A DNA stretch of 64,000 bases, from assembly GCA_963726455.1 (NCBI GenBank), contig CAVSCK010000004.1:1280001-1344000 (forward strand). The letters run 5' to 3'. The notes beneath the pieces are model-generated. The model was not told the DNA's origin and did not search any database. It worked only from the letters and a program-made list of their open reading frames with translations. Numbering within the stretch: position 1 is the stretch's first letter; every line of letters starts with the position of its first letter. Source of the DNA: an uncultured bacterium (lineage in GTDB: Bacteria > Zixibacteria > MSB-5A5 > CAIYYT01). A program made the position numbers and the translations under genes. Of this stretch, positions 1 to 10,892 are shown piece after piece.

Positions 1-2
1 AC

Positions 3-566
3 TTGTCTCGCATTTCCTGTATACATGGTCAATTCGACGAGGGATTGCGCCTTTCGAAACAGGCCGTCGGGCTTGATCCGCTGAATCCCTCGGCCCATAT
101 GATTCGCGCGGCCGTTCTAGCTCTTGCCGGTCGCCTGGAGGAAGCTGAACAGGCATGCCTCAAGACATTGGAACTCAGCCCGGACATGACCAATGTGAGG
201 GCAATCTACGGTTTGATTCTCATGCGGCAGAATCGCCTACAGGACGCACTGGAGATGGCGGAAAGGGAGAAGTCAACAGGGTACCGCGCGTGGGCATCGG
301 CGACAATCTATCATGCCCTTGATATGCAGGCGGAATCCGAACGTGCCCTCTCAACACTCATTGGTGAGGGTATACAGTGGGCTGTTCAGATCGCGATGGT
401 ATATGCCTGTCGCGGAGAATCAAACAAGGCCTTTGAGTGGCTGGAAAAATCGTACGAAATTCGCGATGCCGGACTCCCCCTTACGAAAGTGCAGCCCCTG
501 TTGAATTCGCTGCACTCCGATCCTCGCTGGCTGCCGTTTCTCAAGAAGATTGGTCTGGCTGATTAG
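3..566 (+). CDS. TPR-repeat protein, C-terminal part (5' truncated by the window edge)
   Basis: TPR-like repeats (AVGLDPLNP, KTLELSPDM, AFEWLEKSYE) and a C-terminal LHSDPRW..FLKKIGL tail typical of TolB_N/TPR-fused kinases and cyclases. Confidence 0.75.
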   Translation: MSRISCIHGQFDEGLRLSKQAVGLDPLNPSAHMIRAAVLALAGRLEEAEQACLKTLELSPDMTNVRAIYGLILMRQNRLQDALEMAEREKSTGYRAWASATIYHALDMQAESERALSTLIGEGIQWAVQIAMVYACRGESNKAFEWLEKSYEIRDAGLPLTKVQPLLNSLHSDPRWLPFLKKIGLAD

Positions 567-750
567 GCAATGTGGGCAGGGTGATGATACGCAGAAGCAA
601 TCTTCGAATCACCCGCACCGTAACGGATTTGACTTACAGAACTCCCGGCTATTAAAAGCTCCCCGTTTCGAACGGATATCCTCTCTCATAAACCAACTTT
701 GCGAAACTATCGGACTTGACTACTTTTCTGGAACTGCTGACCGATAATTC

Positions 751-764
751 CGTAAGTACTTACG
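751..764. promoter_or_regulatory. Perfect 14-bp palindrome, likely MarR operator
   Basis: CGTAAGTACTTACG is self-complementary and lies 4 bp upstream of the MarR-GNAT ATG. Confidence 0.6.
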
Positions 765-768
765 TAAA

Positions 769-1773
769 ATGTCGACACGTGCTAACACTCCCGACCTGCT
801 GTCTCACCTGGGACCACTGGCATTTGCCACACGGCTCCGCCGTCTCGGCGAGTGGTTGCAGAGAGACGTCACACGCGTCTACGAGGAATTGGGAATCCCC
901 TTTCAGGCACGCTGGTTTGCGGTGCTTTGGAGACTGAAGGATGGCAAAAGCCGATCTATTACGGAGCTGGCTTCAGATTTGAAGCTCTCTCACCCGGCCA
1001 TCAACCAAACGGCAGAGAGCATGTTCCGTCATGGTCTTCTCGAATCCCGCAAGGACCGTCAAGATGAGCGTCGTCGTCTGTTACGGCTGACCAAGAGCGG
1101 AAGAGATCTTTTCGCATTATTGAATCCCGTCCTGACAGCAGTCCGTCAGGAGACCGAGCTCCTGCTCGGCGCCGAGGCGCCTAAAATGCTGGTCGATCTG
1201 AATCGCATCGAAAAGTCACTAGTGAAGATTAATATGTATGCCCGCGTCCGGGAGCGGTTGAAACGGCAGCAGTTGGATAAAGTGAAAATACTCCCTTACC
1301 GACCCGAGTTCAAGCGCACATTCCGGAAACTCAACCTCGAATGGCTCAGGGAATACTTCACCGTGGAACCGGAGGACGAAAAAATATTGCGCGATCCGGA
1401 GCGCGCGATTATTCGCGCGGGTGGAGAGATAATTATGGCAGAGCTTGACGGCCGGATCGTCGGTACGACTGCCCTACTCCGACACACCGATGCGGTATTC
1501 GAAATCGCCAAAATGGCTGTGACCAAGTCTGTGCGCGGTCAACAGGCAGGTCGTAAACTCGCCGTTGCCGCACTCGCAATTGCAAGACAGAAGGGTGCTT
1601 CGCGAGTTATCCTGCACACCAGCCCGAAACTGACGGAGGCAGCCGCTCTATACAAGAGTCTCGGGTTCAAGGAAGAACCACTGGAACCGGAATTCCGGAA
1701 GTCTTTCCGCCGCGCCACGATCGCAATGGAGTTTGAACTAAAGCCAAATACGAGGAAGAAGACTAAACGATAG
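769..1773 (+). CDS. Bifunctional MarR-family HTH regulator / GNAT N-acetyltransferase
   Basis: N-terminal winged HTH (SITELASDLKLSHPAINQ...DRQDERRRLLRLT); C-terminal GNAT (FEIAKMAVTKSVRGQQAG, ALYKSLGF). Confidence 0.9.
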   Translation: MSTRANTPDLLSHLGPLAFATRLRRLGEWLQRDVTRVYEELGIPFQARWFAVLWRLKDGKSRSITELASDLKLSHPAINQTAESMFRHGLLESRKDRQDERRRLLRLTKSGRDLFALLNPVLTAVRQETELLLGAEAPKMLVDLNRIEKSLVKINMYARVRERLKRQQLDKVKILPYRPEFKRTFRKLNLEWLREYFTVEPEDEKILRDPERAIIRAGGEIIMAELDGRIVGTTALLRHTDAVFEIAKMAVTKSVRGQQAGRKLAVAALAIARQKGASRVILHTSPKLTEAAALYKSLGFKEEPLEPEFRKSFRRATIAMEFELKPNTRKKTKR

Positions 1774-1784
1774 GAGGAGCAGAT

Positions 1785-3167
1785 ATGAAGAGAATTACTA
1801 TCGGACAATCGGAATGGTCACGATGGGAACAGTTCCGGCTGAACCTGTGCCCCTGCGCCGCATTGGCGCTGATCATATCCTTGATACTGCCTCTGCCGGC
1901 GGCAGCTCAGCAAGTGCCGGACAAACCCGTGACGCCGCAGAAGCAGGCGGAGATTATTGACAGCGTTTGCAGCACGTTGAACGAAATCTACGTGTTTCCC
2001 GCCGTCGCCAAAGAGATGGAAAAGCATGTCCGCAAGCAGTACAAGGACAAGCGTTACGCCAACATGACCGGTTTGCGACAGTTCGCCGACGGTCTCACCG
2101 AAGACCTGCGCTCGGTCAGTCATGACAAACATCTCGGCGTGAGTTTCGTGTCCGATGAGTTGATTGCCGCATACTCTCGGGACACACTCACTGACGAAGG
2201 GCGCAAGAAAGAGCAAGAGATTGCGGAACGCGACAATTATGGTTTCCGAGAACTGAAGATTCTCAAGGGTAATGTCGGTTACCTGAAATTCCAGCAATTT
2301 GCCGACGCTGCCCAGGCGGGTCCCACCGCCATAGCCGCCATGAACTTTCTGGCTTACACTGATGCGATCATCATCGACCTGCGCGAGAACGGCGGCGGCT
2401 ATCCGTCGATGATCCAACTGATCACCAGCTTCTTCGTAAAAGGGCCAACCCATCTGAATGATTTCTATATTCGCCGCACGGATTCGACGGAGCAGTACTG
2501 GACTCAGGCGTGGGTGCCCGGACCGCGCATGGTTGATACCAAACTGTATGTGTTAACGAGCAATTACACGTTTTCTGGCGCTGAGGAGTTCTCGTACAAT
2601 TTGAAGAACTTGAAGCGGGCGACCATCATCGGCGAGACCACCGGCGGGGGAGCCCATCCCGTCGATCGCCATCTATATACCAATCTCAACTTCGGCATCC
2701 AGATTCCTTTCGGCAGGGCTGTCAACCCGATTACCGGCACAAATTGGGAAGGCACCGGAGTCAAGCCCGACGTCGACGTCCCGCAGGCGCAGGCATTTGA
2801 CGTCGCCTATGCTCGGGCATTGGAGGATTTGATCAAGGAAGAAAAGGACGAGGGAAGGCAGAAGATGCTGAATTGGGCTGCCGATGGCCTGAAGGCGAAA
2901 TTGAATCCCCCGGTATTGGGCGAGGAAGTCTTGCGCCTGTATGCGGGCAGCTACGGTCCCCGCATAATAACTCTTGAGAATGGCTCCCTGTATTACCAGC
3001 GAGCGGGCCGGCCGAAATTCAAAATGACTCCGCTGGGCGCCGACACTTTTGCCGTCGAGGAACTCGACTACTTCCGACTGAAATTCGAGAAGGATCAGAC
3101 AGGACAATACGGGACCCTGATCGGCATGTACGATGACGGGCGCACCGACTCGAACCGTCGAGACTAG
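1785..3167 (+). CDS. S41-family peptidase (IRBP-like), secreted
   Basis: Signal peptide ending AAAQ; motifs GNVGYL, IIDLRENGGG, TFSGAEEF, GETTGGGAHP, WEGTGVKPD; SD AGGAGG. Confidence 0.9.
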   Translation: MKRITIGQSEWSRWEQFRLNLCPCAALALIISLILPLPAAAQQVPDKPVTPQKQAEIIDSVCSTLNEIYVFPAVAKEMEKHVRKQYKDKRYANMTGLRQFADGLTEDLRSVSHDKHLGVSFVSDELIAAYSRDTLTDEGRKKEQEIAERDNYGFRELKILKGNVGYLKFQQFADAAQAGPTAIAAMNFLAYTDAIIIDLRENGGGYPSMIQLITSFFVKGPTHLNDFYIRRTDSTEQYWTQAWVPGPRMVDTKLYVLTSNYTFSGAEEFSYNLKNLKRATIIGETTGGGAHPVDRHLYTNLNFGIQIPFGRAVNPITGTNWEGTGVKPDVDVPQAQAFDVAYARALEDLIKEEKDEGRQKMLNWAADGLKAKLNPPVLGEEVLRLYAGSYGPRIITLENGSLYYQRAGRPKFKMTPLGADTFAVEELDYFRLKFEKDQTGQYGTLIGMYDDGRTDSNRRD

Positions 3168-3177
3168 CCGAAAGCTC

Positions 3178-3206
3178 TGTCTTGCCGGACATTCGCCGGC
3201 AAGACA
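3178..3206. terminator. Hairpin between convergent genes (probable bidirectional terminator)
   Basis: TGTCTTGCCGG-acattcg-CCGGCAAGACA, 11-bp perfect stem. Confidence 0.6.
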
Positions 3207-3229
3207 ACAAACTGAGACTTCCGCCAAGT

Positions 3230-4045
3230 TTATGCGGGTGATGCAACCTGATGTGCTTCCCGGTGGCCTGTCTTTCGCCGCATCAGAAAACGTGACACCG
3301 CCGCCGTCGCAAATCGTGGTGAGAAACGGTAGCTCTGGCTAAGAACTTTGTTCAACAGGCCCGGAATCACAACCGCTTTACCGCGCATCATGGCACGGTA
3401 TCCGATTGCAGCTACCTGGCTGCTCGACATCACGCCGGCGCCTCTGAATAGAGCACTTCCCTCCATGTCGGCTGCTTCCTGAAAACCAGACCGCGTCGGC
3501 CCCGGACAAAGAGCGGTTGCTGTCACGCCGCTGCCACGAAGCTCGTTATGCAGCGCCTCAGTGAACGAAAGCACGTATGCCTTCGTCGCGGCATAGACCG
3601 CCGTCGTCGGACAAGGTTGAAACGCTGCGATTGAAGCAACGTTCAGAATTCGGCCGCTCTTGCGGCGAACCATGTCCCTGACAACTAGATGCGTCAACTG
3701 CGTGAGCGCGACGGAATTCAGTTTCATCATATCTTCCGTTCGGGACCATTCCCGTTCGTGAAACAGACCGTAATCACCAAAGCCGGCGTTGTTGACCAGA
3801 TAATCAATGTCGAGGCCCAACTTGTTCACCTGGTCGTACAGGGATCGAGAGGAATCGTCTTGAGATAGATCTATCTGAATCACGTCTACTCGAACGTGAT
3901 ATTGCTCGCGGAGCGTTTCGGCCAATTCGTTCAACCGGTCGACACGGCGGGCTGCCAAAACCAGTCCGATGTGATCCGCCGCGAATAGTTTGGCGAACTC
4001 ATATCCAATCCCGCTGGATGCCCCGGTTACTAATGCTGTTGTCAT
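3230..4045 (-). CDS. Short-chain dehydrogenase/reductase (DltE-like)
   Basis: TGASSGIG, VNNAGFG, YAATK catalytic motif. Confidence 0.93.
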   Translation of the reverse strand: MTTALVTGASSGIGYEFAKLFAADHIGLVLAARRVDRLNELAETLREQYHVRVDVIQIDLSQDDSSRSLYDQVNKLGLDIDYLVNNAGFGDYGLFHEREWSRTEDMMKLNSVALTQLTHLVVRDMVRRKSGRILNVASIAAFQPCPTTAVYAATKAYVLSFTEALHNELRGSGVTATALCPGPTRSGFQEAADMEGSALFRGAGVMSSSQVAAIGYRAMMRGKAVVIPGLLNKVLSQSYRFSPRFATAAVSRFLMRRKTGHREAHQVASPA

Positions 4046-4059
4046 ATAAACCTCCTAAA

Positions 4060-7000
4060 CTAACTGATTGGGTCAGCCACTGCGTTCTGAATCTCTGCTG
4101 TCATTTCCGGGGCAATGGACTTCGGAGCCAGCAATTTGTACATCACGGGCGTCACCAGCCGGGCAAGAAACGTCGAGCTGATAAGGCCACCAATAATGAC
4201 CAACGCCAGTGGCGCATACAAAGGTGCACCTTCGATAACCAACGGCAACAATCCGCCGATGGCAGTCAGGGTCGTCAATAGAATCGGCACAAAGCGGATT
4301 TCACCGGCTTTTTGGATGGCGTCGTCAATGCTCAATCCCTTCTGTCGAAGTTGGTTTGTGAAATCCACGAGCAGGATCGAGTTCTTGACCTCAATACCCA
4401 TCAGCGCAATGAATCCGATCATTGAGACAAATGAGAGAGTCTCCCCCGCCAGCAGCAATGCCACGATGCCGCCAATGATGCCCAGCGGTATCACCGAGGC
4501 GACAATAAGCGTCCCCCTGAACGTCTTGAATTCGAGAACCAGCACCACCAGCATTCCGAAAGCGGCGATGAGAATTGCAGTCCCGAATCCGCCGAAACTC
4601 TTCTGACGCGATTCAATTTCGCCCGACGGAATCAACTGGTACCCGGTCGGCATCGGCATGGTGCCCAAGGTCGCAAGAATTTGTTTGGTCAGTTTGTCGG
4701 TATTGTAGCCGGTTCTCACGTCGCTGCTCACCGTGACCGATCTTTTCAGCTTGTAGTGGTCGATTCGTATCGGCGAGGTCTGAAATTCTACCGCAGCCAC
4801 TTGCCGCAGCGGCACATAGCCACTCATCGACGATCCGACATACATCTTATCAAGTGCTTCGATGGTCGGGCGCTTGTCACGCGGCAGGCCCAGGACAATA
4901 TCGTAATCGTCGCCGTCGTTCTCCCGGTATTGCCCGACGGACAGACCAGCCACGCCCAGGCGAACCTGTCTTTGAATATCAATCAGCGGCAGCCCCAGCA
5001 GACCGGCTTTATCGCGATCGACGACGACTTTCAGATCAGTTCGGGGCGAGCGCATGGGATTGTTCACCGACATCGTTCCGTCAGTGGCCGCTATCACCTT
5101 TTCCACTCGTGCCGCGAGCGACTTCAGGGTATCGAGGTCATCGCCCGTGATCCGCAAAGCAATGGGCGCTTCGACAGCCATACCGTTGGCGAATTCCTTG
5201 ACTTCAATCTTGGCATCGGGATACGCGGAGAATATCCGGCGCAGACTGTCAAGATAGATCGGCGTCTTCTTGCCGTTATACTCATCCATCGTTACGAACA
5301 ACTCACCGGTATTGGCCTTTTCGCCAAGACTGACACGATTGTAATAAACCTGCGGGTTTGCCTTGCCGATGTTGGTGAATACTTCTCGGACACCCGGTTT
5401 GCCGATCAGTTGGCTCTCGGCAAAATGTGCCGCCTTGTCGACCTCTACGACGGAACTTCCCTCCGGCGCCTCAATCGTGACGACAAACTGCGGAATGCCG
5501 GCTTTCGGAAACAGACTGAATCCCACGACCGGAATCAATGACAAACTGGATACGAAGAGAACTGCTGCCGCAACTACTGTATATACCGGATGGCTGAGTG
5601 ACCAGTGCAGCAAACGGCGATATGAGCGCTCAAGTACCCAATTCAATCCTCGCAGAACTTTGTTCCCTTCCTTTGCCTCCCCCTTCTTCAAAAGGAAGCT
5701 GGCCAGGAATGGTACGATTGTAAGCGAGATGAGCAGCGAGGCGCCGATCGTGAAGAGTACCGATGCCGGAAGACTTCTGATGTAGTTGCCGGCGGCGCCC
5801 GGGAGCAGCAGTAGCGGGAAGAAAGCAAACAGCAATGTCGCCGTGCATCCTATGACGGCGACTCCAATCTGGCGGACTGCCAGTACGGCTGCCTCCCGGC
5901 GGCTATACCCCGAGCGGATGAATCGGGAGATGTTCTCCACGACGACGATTGAATCATCGACCAGCAATCCGAGTGCCACTACGAAACCAACGATGCTCAG
6001 TTGATTGAGACTGAATCCTGTCACGTACAGCAAGGTTGTGCCGATGGCGAATGACAGCGGAATCGAAATCATGACGATCAGTGAGGCCCGCGGTCCCAGC
6101 GGCAGGAGTGTGAACAGAGACCAGAAAGATGGCGATAAGGAAATCGACAAGCAGATGGTCCAGCCGGCGGGCAACGTTGCGAGACTGATCGAACCCCGGT
6201 TCGAGCGTCACTCCCGGCGGCAGACTCTTGGCAAAGTCATTCATTTCCGAGTAGACTTTGTCGCGCACCTCAAAAATGTTTCTTCCGCCTTGCAGGGTTG
6301 CGGTGACGTAGATGGCGCGACGACCGTTGTATCGGGCGGTGTAAGTCTCATCCTCGTGATTCCAGGAGACGTCAGCCACATCACGAACGCGTACGACCGC
6401 TCCGCCGGAAGTCCCGATTATCGTGGCGCCGATCTGGTCCAGCGACTCATACTTGCCGGTCATTTCCAGATTAAACCGCCGACGGCCTGATTCCACGGAG
6501 CCACCGGGAATGTTGGCGTTGTCGCTTTGTACGGCAGCAATTATTTGTCCGAGCGGAATATGCAACGCGGCAATGCGTTCGAGATCAAGCGAGATACGGA
6601 CCTCTGTCTCCGGGCAGGCGACCACTTTGGAATTCTTGATGCCGCTGATGGCATCGATGCGGTCTTTCAGATTCTTCCCCTGCTTCTGAAGTATCTTGTA
6701 GTCGACCGAGTCAGACACGAGTGCGGCCTGAATGATATTGACATTGGTCGTGCTGAACTTGATCACCTCCAGACTCTGAAGCTCAGCCGGAAGCGTACTG
6801 CGAATTTCGTTGATTTGCCGCAGAACCGCGTCATGCTTCTGCTCGGCGTCCGAATTGGCGGTGAATTCAATATTCACGATGGCCACCTGGTCGCCGGAGA
6901 CTGAGTTGATCTGCTCGATGTCCTCGAGTTCCTTGAGACTTTTTTCAATCGGATTGATCACCAATTGCTCAACGTCGTATGGATTTCCGCCGGGGAGCAC

Positions 7001-7147
7001 GGCGACGACAGCAAACGAGGGAATCGGAAATACCGGATCTTCAGATCGGGGAATATTGAGAAACGATGTCAACCCCAGCCCGATCATCATGATGAACACG
7101 ACAATCGTCAGTTGGTAATTCTTTACTGAGAATTCTGAGAGTTTCAT
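4060..7147 (-). CDS. RND efflux permease (AcrB/AcrD/AcrF family), split by a +1 frameshift at about 6118
   Basis: ORFs 5954-7147 and 4060-6174 are the N- and C-terminal halves; GLLVDDSIVVVEN and RFVPILLT motifs; removing one base restores ...IFLVLFTLLPLG... and a 1028-aa protein. Confidence 0.9.
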
Positions 7148-7186
7148 GGTAATGCTCCTGGCTGCTTTCAGTTCTGCCTGACTGCG

Positions 7187-8251
7187 TTACTTCACTACCG
7201 AAATGATCGCGCCGTCAGTCAGCTTATCAGCTCCTGCGGTGATGACTTCGTTGATTCCCGGGAGATCACCCGAGATACCGACTTTGCCTTCATGCACATA
7301 AGAAACCGTGACCGGCACCTTGCGGGCTGTTGACTCATCGGAGCCGGGCGCAAACACGAATCCGCGGGTGCCGTCGGCCTCGACCAGCGCCTCAACGGGA
7401 ATGACCGACATCGGCTCCTTCGCATCCGGTGTGATCGTGATCTTTCCAATAAGGCCGGTCACCAGTCTTTCCGATGACGCGCCCACCCGGATTTCAATTT
7501 CGTAGGTTCCGTTCATCGGATTGGGTGCGGCTCCCATTTCCGATATGACACCGGTGATTGCTTCGCCCGGAAGCGCGTCGAATTCGATACTGGCGGTGTC
7601 GCCCGTCTTCACGCGCATGATGTCCCTGTCAACCAGGCCGGCTCTCACAACCCAACCCTTTTCGAACCCAGCCATCACCAGAATTGGAGTTCCCGATGAT
7701 ACCTGCTCATGATCATCCGCCATCCGGCGCAATATCCTGCCGTTACAAGGAGCGTAGATTTGAGCGTACTTGCGATTGAAAGCCGCGGCATCAAGACCCG
7801 CCTTGGCGACTTCCCAAGCCGTCTTGGCATTCTGTAGCTGCTCCAGAGTGGCGACCGTATCGGCGAACAGATTCTTTACTCGCTGCAGGTCGCGATCGGC
7901 TTTGTCGAAACCGTTCTGTGCCTGATTCAGTTGAGCGTCAATTTCCGTCAGACTGAGACTGGCGAGTAATTGACCCTTCTCAACGTTCTCTCCCTCATCG
8001 ACTGAAATCTTGTCGATGATCCCGCCGATCTTGAACGACAGCCGCAGTTCTTCCTTGGCCTCCAGTTTGCCGACCGTCTTCACGGGAAGATCGGCGTTGG
8101 TGTGTTCAACCGGAACCGTGCGCACAAGCACCGGCTCAGACTTCGGGGACACTTTACGGGCATCCGCTCGCGATTCGGGACCGCAGCCATTCACAGTCAA
8201 CAGGCCGATTGCGAGGACCGCAACCAAAACCAACAGCATGATGTTTCGCAT
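7187..8251 (-). CDS. RND efflux membrane fusion protein
   Basis: LSFKIGGII..V.EGENVEKGQLLA lipoyl motif, IYAPCNGRI; N-terminal lipoprotein-like signal (VNGC). Confidence 0.92.
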   Translation of the reverse strand: MRNIMLLVLVAVLAIGLLTVNGCGPESRADARKVSPKSEPVLVRTVPVEHTNADLPVKTVGKLEAKEELRLSFKIGGIIDKISVDEGENVEKGQLLASLSLTEIDAQLNQAQNGFDKADRDLQRVKNLFADTVATLEQLQNAKTAWEVAKAGLDAAAFNRKYAQIYAPCNGRILRRMADDHEQVSSGTPILVMAGFEKGWVVRAGLVDRDIMRVKTGDTASIEFDALPGEAITGVISEMGAAPNPMNGTYEIEIRVGASSERLVTGLIGKITITPDAKEPMSVIPVEALVEADGTRGFVFAPGSDESTARKVPVTVSYVHEGKVGISGDLPGINEVITAGADKLTDGAIISVVK

Positions 8252-8264
8252 TTTCTATCACTCC

Positions 8265-9668
8265 TTATTTATCAGTACTTGCGAATTTCGATGGTATAGA
8301 GAACAGCGCGCCGGCACGTTCGAGTTGAACGTACTTCTGCGCAAAATCATAATTGGTCAGAATTTCATTGATAGCTGACGAAGTCAAAGTGGTGCGAGCG
8401 TCGAGAAATTCAACCTGAGACGCCATGCCTTCGGCAAACTTGCGCGACACGAGATCGAACGATTTCTGGGCGCTTTGCAGCCGGTCACTCGCAGTTGTCT
8501 GTGCCTGCTGCGCGACTATGACGGCATTGTATGCCTGCCGGATTTGCAGCTCGACTTTGCGCTCCAGCTCATCTTTCTGCACGGACAGTCGCTTTACGTC
8601 CAGCTCTGCCTGCGAGCGACGTGCCGCATCCTGGCCGCCACTGAATAGATTCCACTGCGCAACGACCGATATGGTGGTTACGTCATTCTTGCCGGTCAGG
8701 CGGTAATCCGAACCCTGGAATCCGTAATCCGCGACCAGCGAAACATTGGGCAGGAATGCCGACGAATTAAGCTTGACGTTGTTGGAAGACGCCTTGATGC
8801 CTTGATCGACCTGGCGGAACTCTTCGCGCTGTGCCAATCCCGAATGAATGACATCGTCCACCTGCGGCACAGTCACCTCGCTGATCACGGAATCAGGATC
8901 AAGCTCGATTGGCTCGTCGAATGGCCGATTTAGCAGGAGGTTAAAGTATCTGGCGACGTCGGAGCGCTGGCGCTCGGCATCGGCCAACTCCTGCTGGACG
9001 CTGCTCAGCTCGGCCTTGGCGCGATAGACGACATCCAGTGTGGCCTGCTGATTATCCACCAGCTTCTTGCTGACTCGCAGATTCTCGTCGAGGAGTTGCA
9101 GTGTCTGCGTGTAAAGCTCGACCACTCGGACTGACTTGGCATAATTCAGGTAAGTGGTCTTGATTTCTGCGACGAGATCGCGCGAGGACGCCGATAGGCG
9201 CGCTTGTTCAGCGTTTCTCAGACTTGATCGCAGCCGCAGATTGTAATAGGCCTTCGGTTGAAAAATTGGCTGAATCAGGCGCAGCTTCGTTTCCTGCTGA
9301 TTCGGAAGCTTCAAACTGAAGTTGGTGGGAAAGCGATTCTGTCCCGTAATCTGATTCAATGTTGAGTAAACCGGGTTAATCAGTTCGCCGAAATCAAGCG
9401 GATTGCCGCTGAAATTGGAGTAGCGAGTATCGATTGTCAGAGACGGCAATAAATAACCACGCGCTTCCGTGGTGGCCTCACCGGCTTGCTGAACGGTTAA
9501 TTCCTGTTGATGCAGCGAAAGATTCTGATTGAGACCCATCTGCACGTACCTGTCCAAATGAGTGGGCGCTTGCGCATAAGTACCTGTGCTGATAACGAAC
9601 CGCAGTACAGCGCTCGCAATTGTCGCTCGACTAACGAGTCTCCTGTGGAATATGTTTAAACACCGCAT
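8265..9668 (-). CDS. TolC-family outer membrane efflux protein
   Basis: Two OEP repeats (GYLLPSL, AFLPNVSL, WNLFSGG, FAEGMASQVEFLDA); located in the RND operon. Confidence 0.9.
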   Translation of the reverse strand: MRCLNIFHRRLVSRATIASAVLRFVISTGTYAQAPTHLDRYVQMGLNQNLSLHQQELTVQQAGEATTEARGYLLPSLTIDTRYSNFSGNPLDFGELINPVYSTLNQITGQNRFPTNFSLKLPNQQETKLRLIQPIFQPKAYYNLRLRSSLRNAEQARLSASSRDLVAEIKTTYLNYAKSVRVVELYTQTLQLLDENLRVSKKLVDNQQATLDVVYRAKAELSSVQQELADAERQRSDVARYFNLLLNRPFDEPIELDPDSVISEVTVPQVDDVIHSGLAQREEFRQVDQGIKASSNNVKLNSSAFLPNVSLVADYGFQGSDYRLTGKNDVTTISVVAQWNLFSGGQDAARRSQAELDVKRLSVQKDELERKVELQIRQAYNAVIVAQQAQTTASDRLQSAQKSFDLVSRKFAEGMASQVEFLDARTTLTSSAINEILTNYDFAQKYVQLERAGALFSIPSKFASTDK

Positions 9669-9687
9669 AATTGTTAAACACCGTTTA
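9657..9687. promoter_or_regulatory. Tandem TetR-type operators at the tolC start
   Basis: TAAAC-ACC-GCATA and perfect TAAAC-ACC-GTTTA, 18 bp apart. Confidence 0.55.
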
Positions 9688-9709
9688 CCTTATGGTTAAA
9701 AAAAAGACG

Positions 9710-10333
9710 TTACTTCCTATTTCTTACTGCCGCCCACATGAAATCGTAGGCGCGCTGCACCATGTCGCCCGCTTGCTCCGGCGGACACATCAGGCACCGG
9801 TCACGAATCACCAGAGCCACCATTCCATGAACCAACGACCAGAACGCATATGATGCCGCGTGCGGATCCTCTAGCGGCAGCAACTTCGCGCTGATGCACT
9901 CCAACATCTCCTGATAAAGCACGTTGTAGGCCCTGGCGCCGCAGGCCCATTCCTTCTTCTCGTGAATCGACTTGGGAATACTGCGACTGATGAACATCAG
10001 GTCGTAATACTCGGGATTCTCGAGGGCGAACTTGATGTACAGTTGGCCTGACTTGTACAGCTTGTCCAGAGGATCAGTCTCTTCGAGCGACACTTTGAGA
10101 GTCTCAAACAGCTTGTCGAATCCACGCAGATGCAGCTCGAAAACAATCTCATCCTTATCTTTGAAGTAGGAATAGATGGCGCCCGGAGTGTATTCGATCT
10201 TCTCCGCGATGTTGCGGATGGAGATGCTCTCGTATCCTTCCGACATGTAGAGTTCAGCGGCAGCATCTACGATAGCTTTCCGCATCTCTTCTCGTTCTCG
10301 TTCACGTCTCTCGGTGGTACCCATGATCTTCAT
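9710..10333 (-). CDS. TetR/AcrR-family transcriptional regulator (WHG-type C-terminus)
   Basis: GYESISIRNIAEKIEYTPGAIYSYFKDKDEI HTH; FWSLVHG motif. Confidence 0.93.
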   Translation of the reverse strand: MKIMGTTERREREREEMRKAIVDAAAELYMSEGYESISIRNIAEKIEYTPGAIYSYFKDKDEIVFELHLRGFDKLFETLKVSLEETDPLDKLYKSGQLYIKFALENPEYYDLMFISRSIPKSIHEKKEWACGARAYNVLYQEMLECISAKLLPLEDPHAASYAFWSLVHGMVALVIRDRCLMCPPEQAGDMVQRAYDFMWAAVRNRK

Positions 10334-10382
10334 TACCTCTATTCTGGACTGTGTCTTGACATTGCCAATATCGGCAACTCAT

Positions 10383-10413
10383 TGAACACTGTCAAGTAAT
10401 TAAACGGCATTTA
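10383..10413. promoter_or_regulatory. Tandem TetR-type operators upstream of tetR
   Basis: TGAAC-ACT-GTCAA and TAAAC-GGC-ATTTA, 18 bp apart, same consensus as 9657-9687. Confidence 0.5.
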
Positions 10414-10632
10414 ACAATAAATGTTTCAATAAATCTTAATAAAGTTTATATCTCATTAGTATCCAAGTATTTACCCAGACTAATATCACCGATTCCAGCT
10501 TCGAACTGCTCAAATGAGGTCCGAAACGGTTCCAATGCCAAAAAAAAGTGTAACGTTTCGTATTACATAACGTATATTATGTCCAGCATAAAAGATTTGT
10601 TGTTTCATCTATACGAACGTGGCTGAGGGAGT

Positions 10633-10845
10633 ATGGCAATTCAAGTTAATCTGGATATGATGCTGGTTCGAAGGAAGATGTCATTGACGGAGCTGGCATC
10701 GCGAATTGATATTTCGGTAACCAACCTCTCGCTTCTAAAGACCGGGAAAGTAAAAGGCATGCGATTCAGCACGCTGGAAGCAATCTGCCGCGAACTGAAT
10801 TGTCAGCCGGGAGATATTCTGGAATATGCACCGGATTTCGTCTAG
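10633..10845 (+). CDS. Cro/CI (XRE) HTH regulator, YozG-like
   Basis: MSLTELASRIDISVTNLSLLKTGK...TLEAICRELNCQPGDILEY. Confidence 0.92.
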   Translation: MAIQVNLDMMLVRRKMSLTELASRIDISVTNLSLLKTGKVKGMRFSTLEAICRELNCQPGDILEYAPDFV

Positions 10846-10892
10846 CCGAACCAATAATGGACTTGGATAATTATGTTACAAGGAGCATAGAT

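Noticed and set aside
575-620. Hairpin containing TTCGAATC, reminiscent of a tRNA T-loop
   Set aside because: No cloverleaf, no GGTTCGA context and no D or anticodon arms; more likely a terminator-like stem
4681-5541. Long antisense ORFs (also 23375-24016, 33744-34376, 58514-59269)
   Set aside because: Shadow frames of well-supported genes in GC-rich DNA
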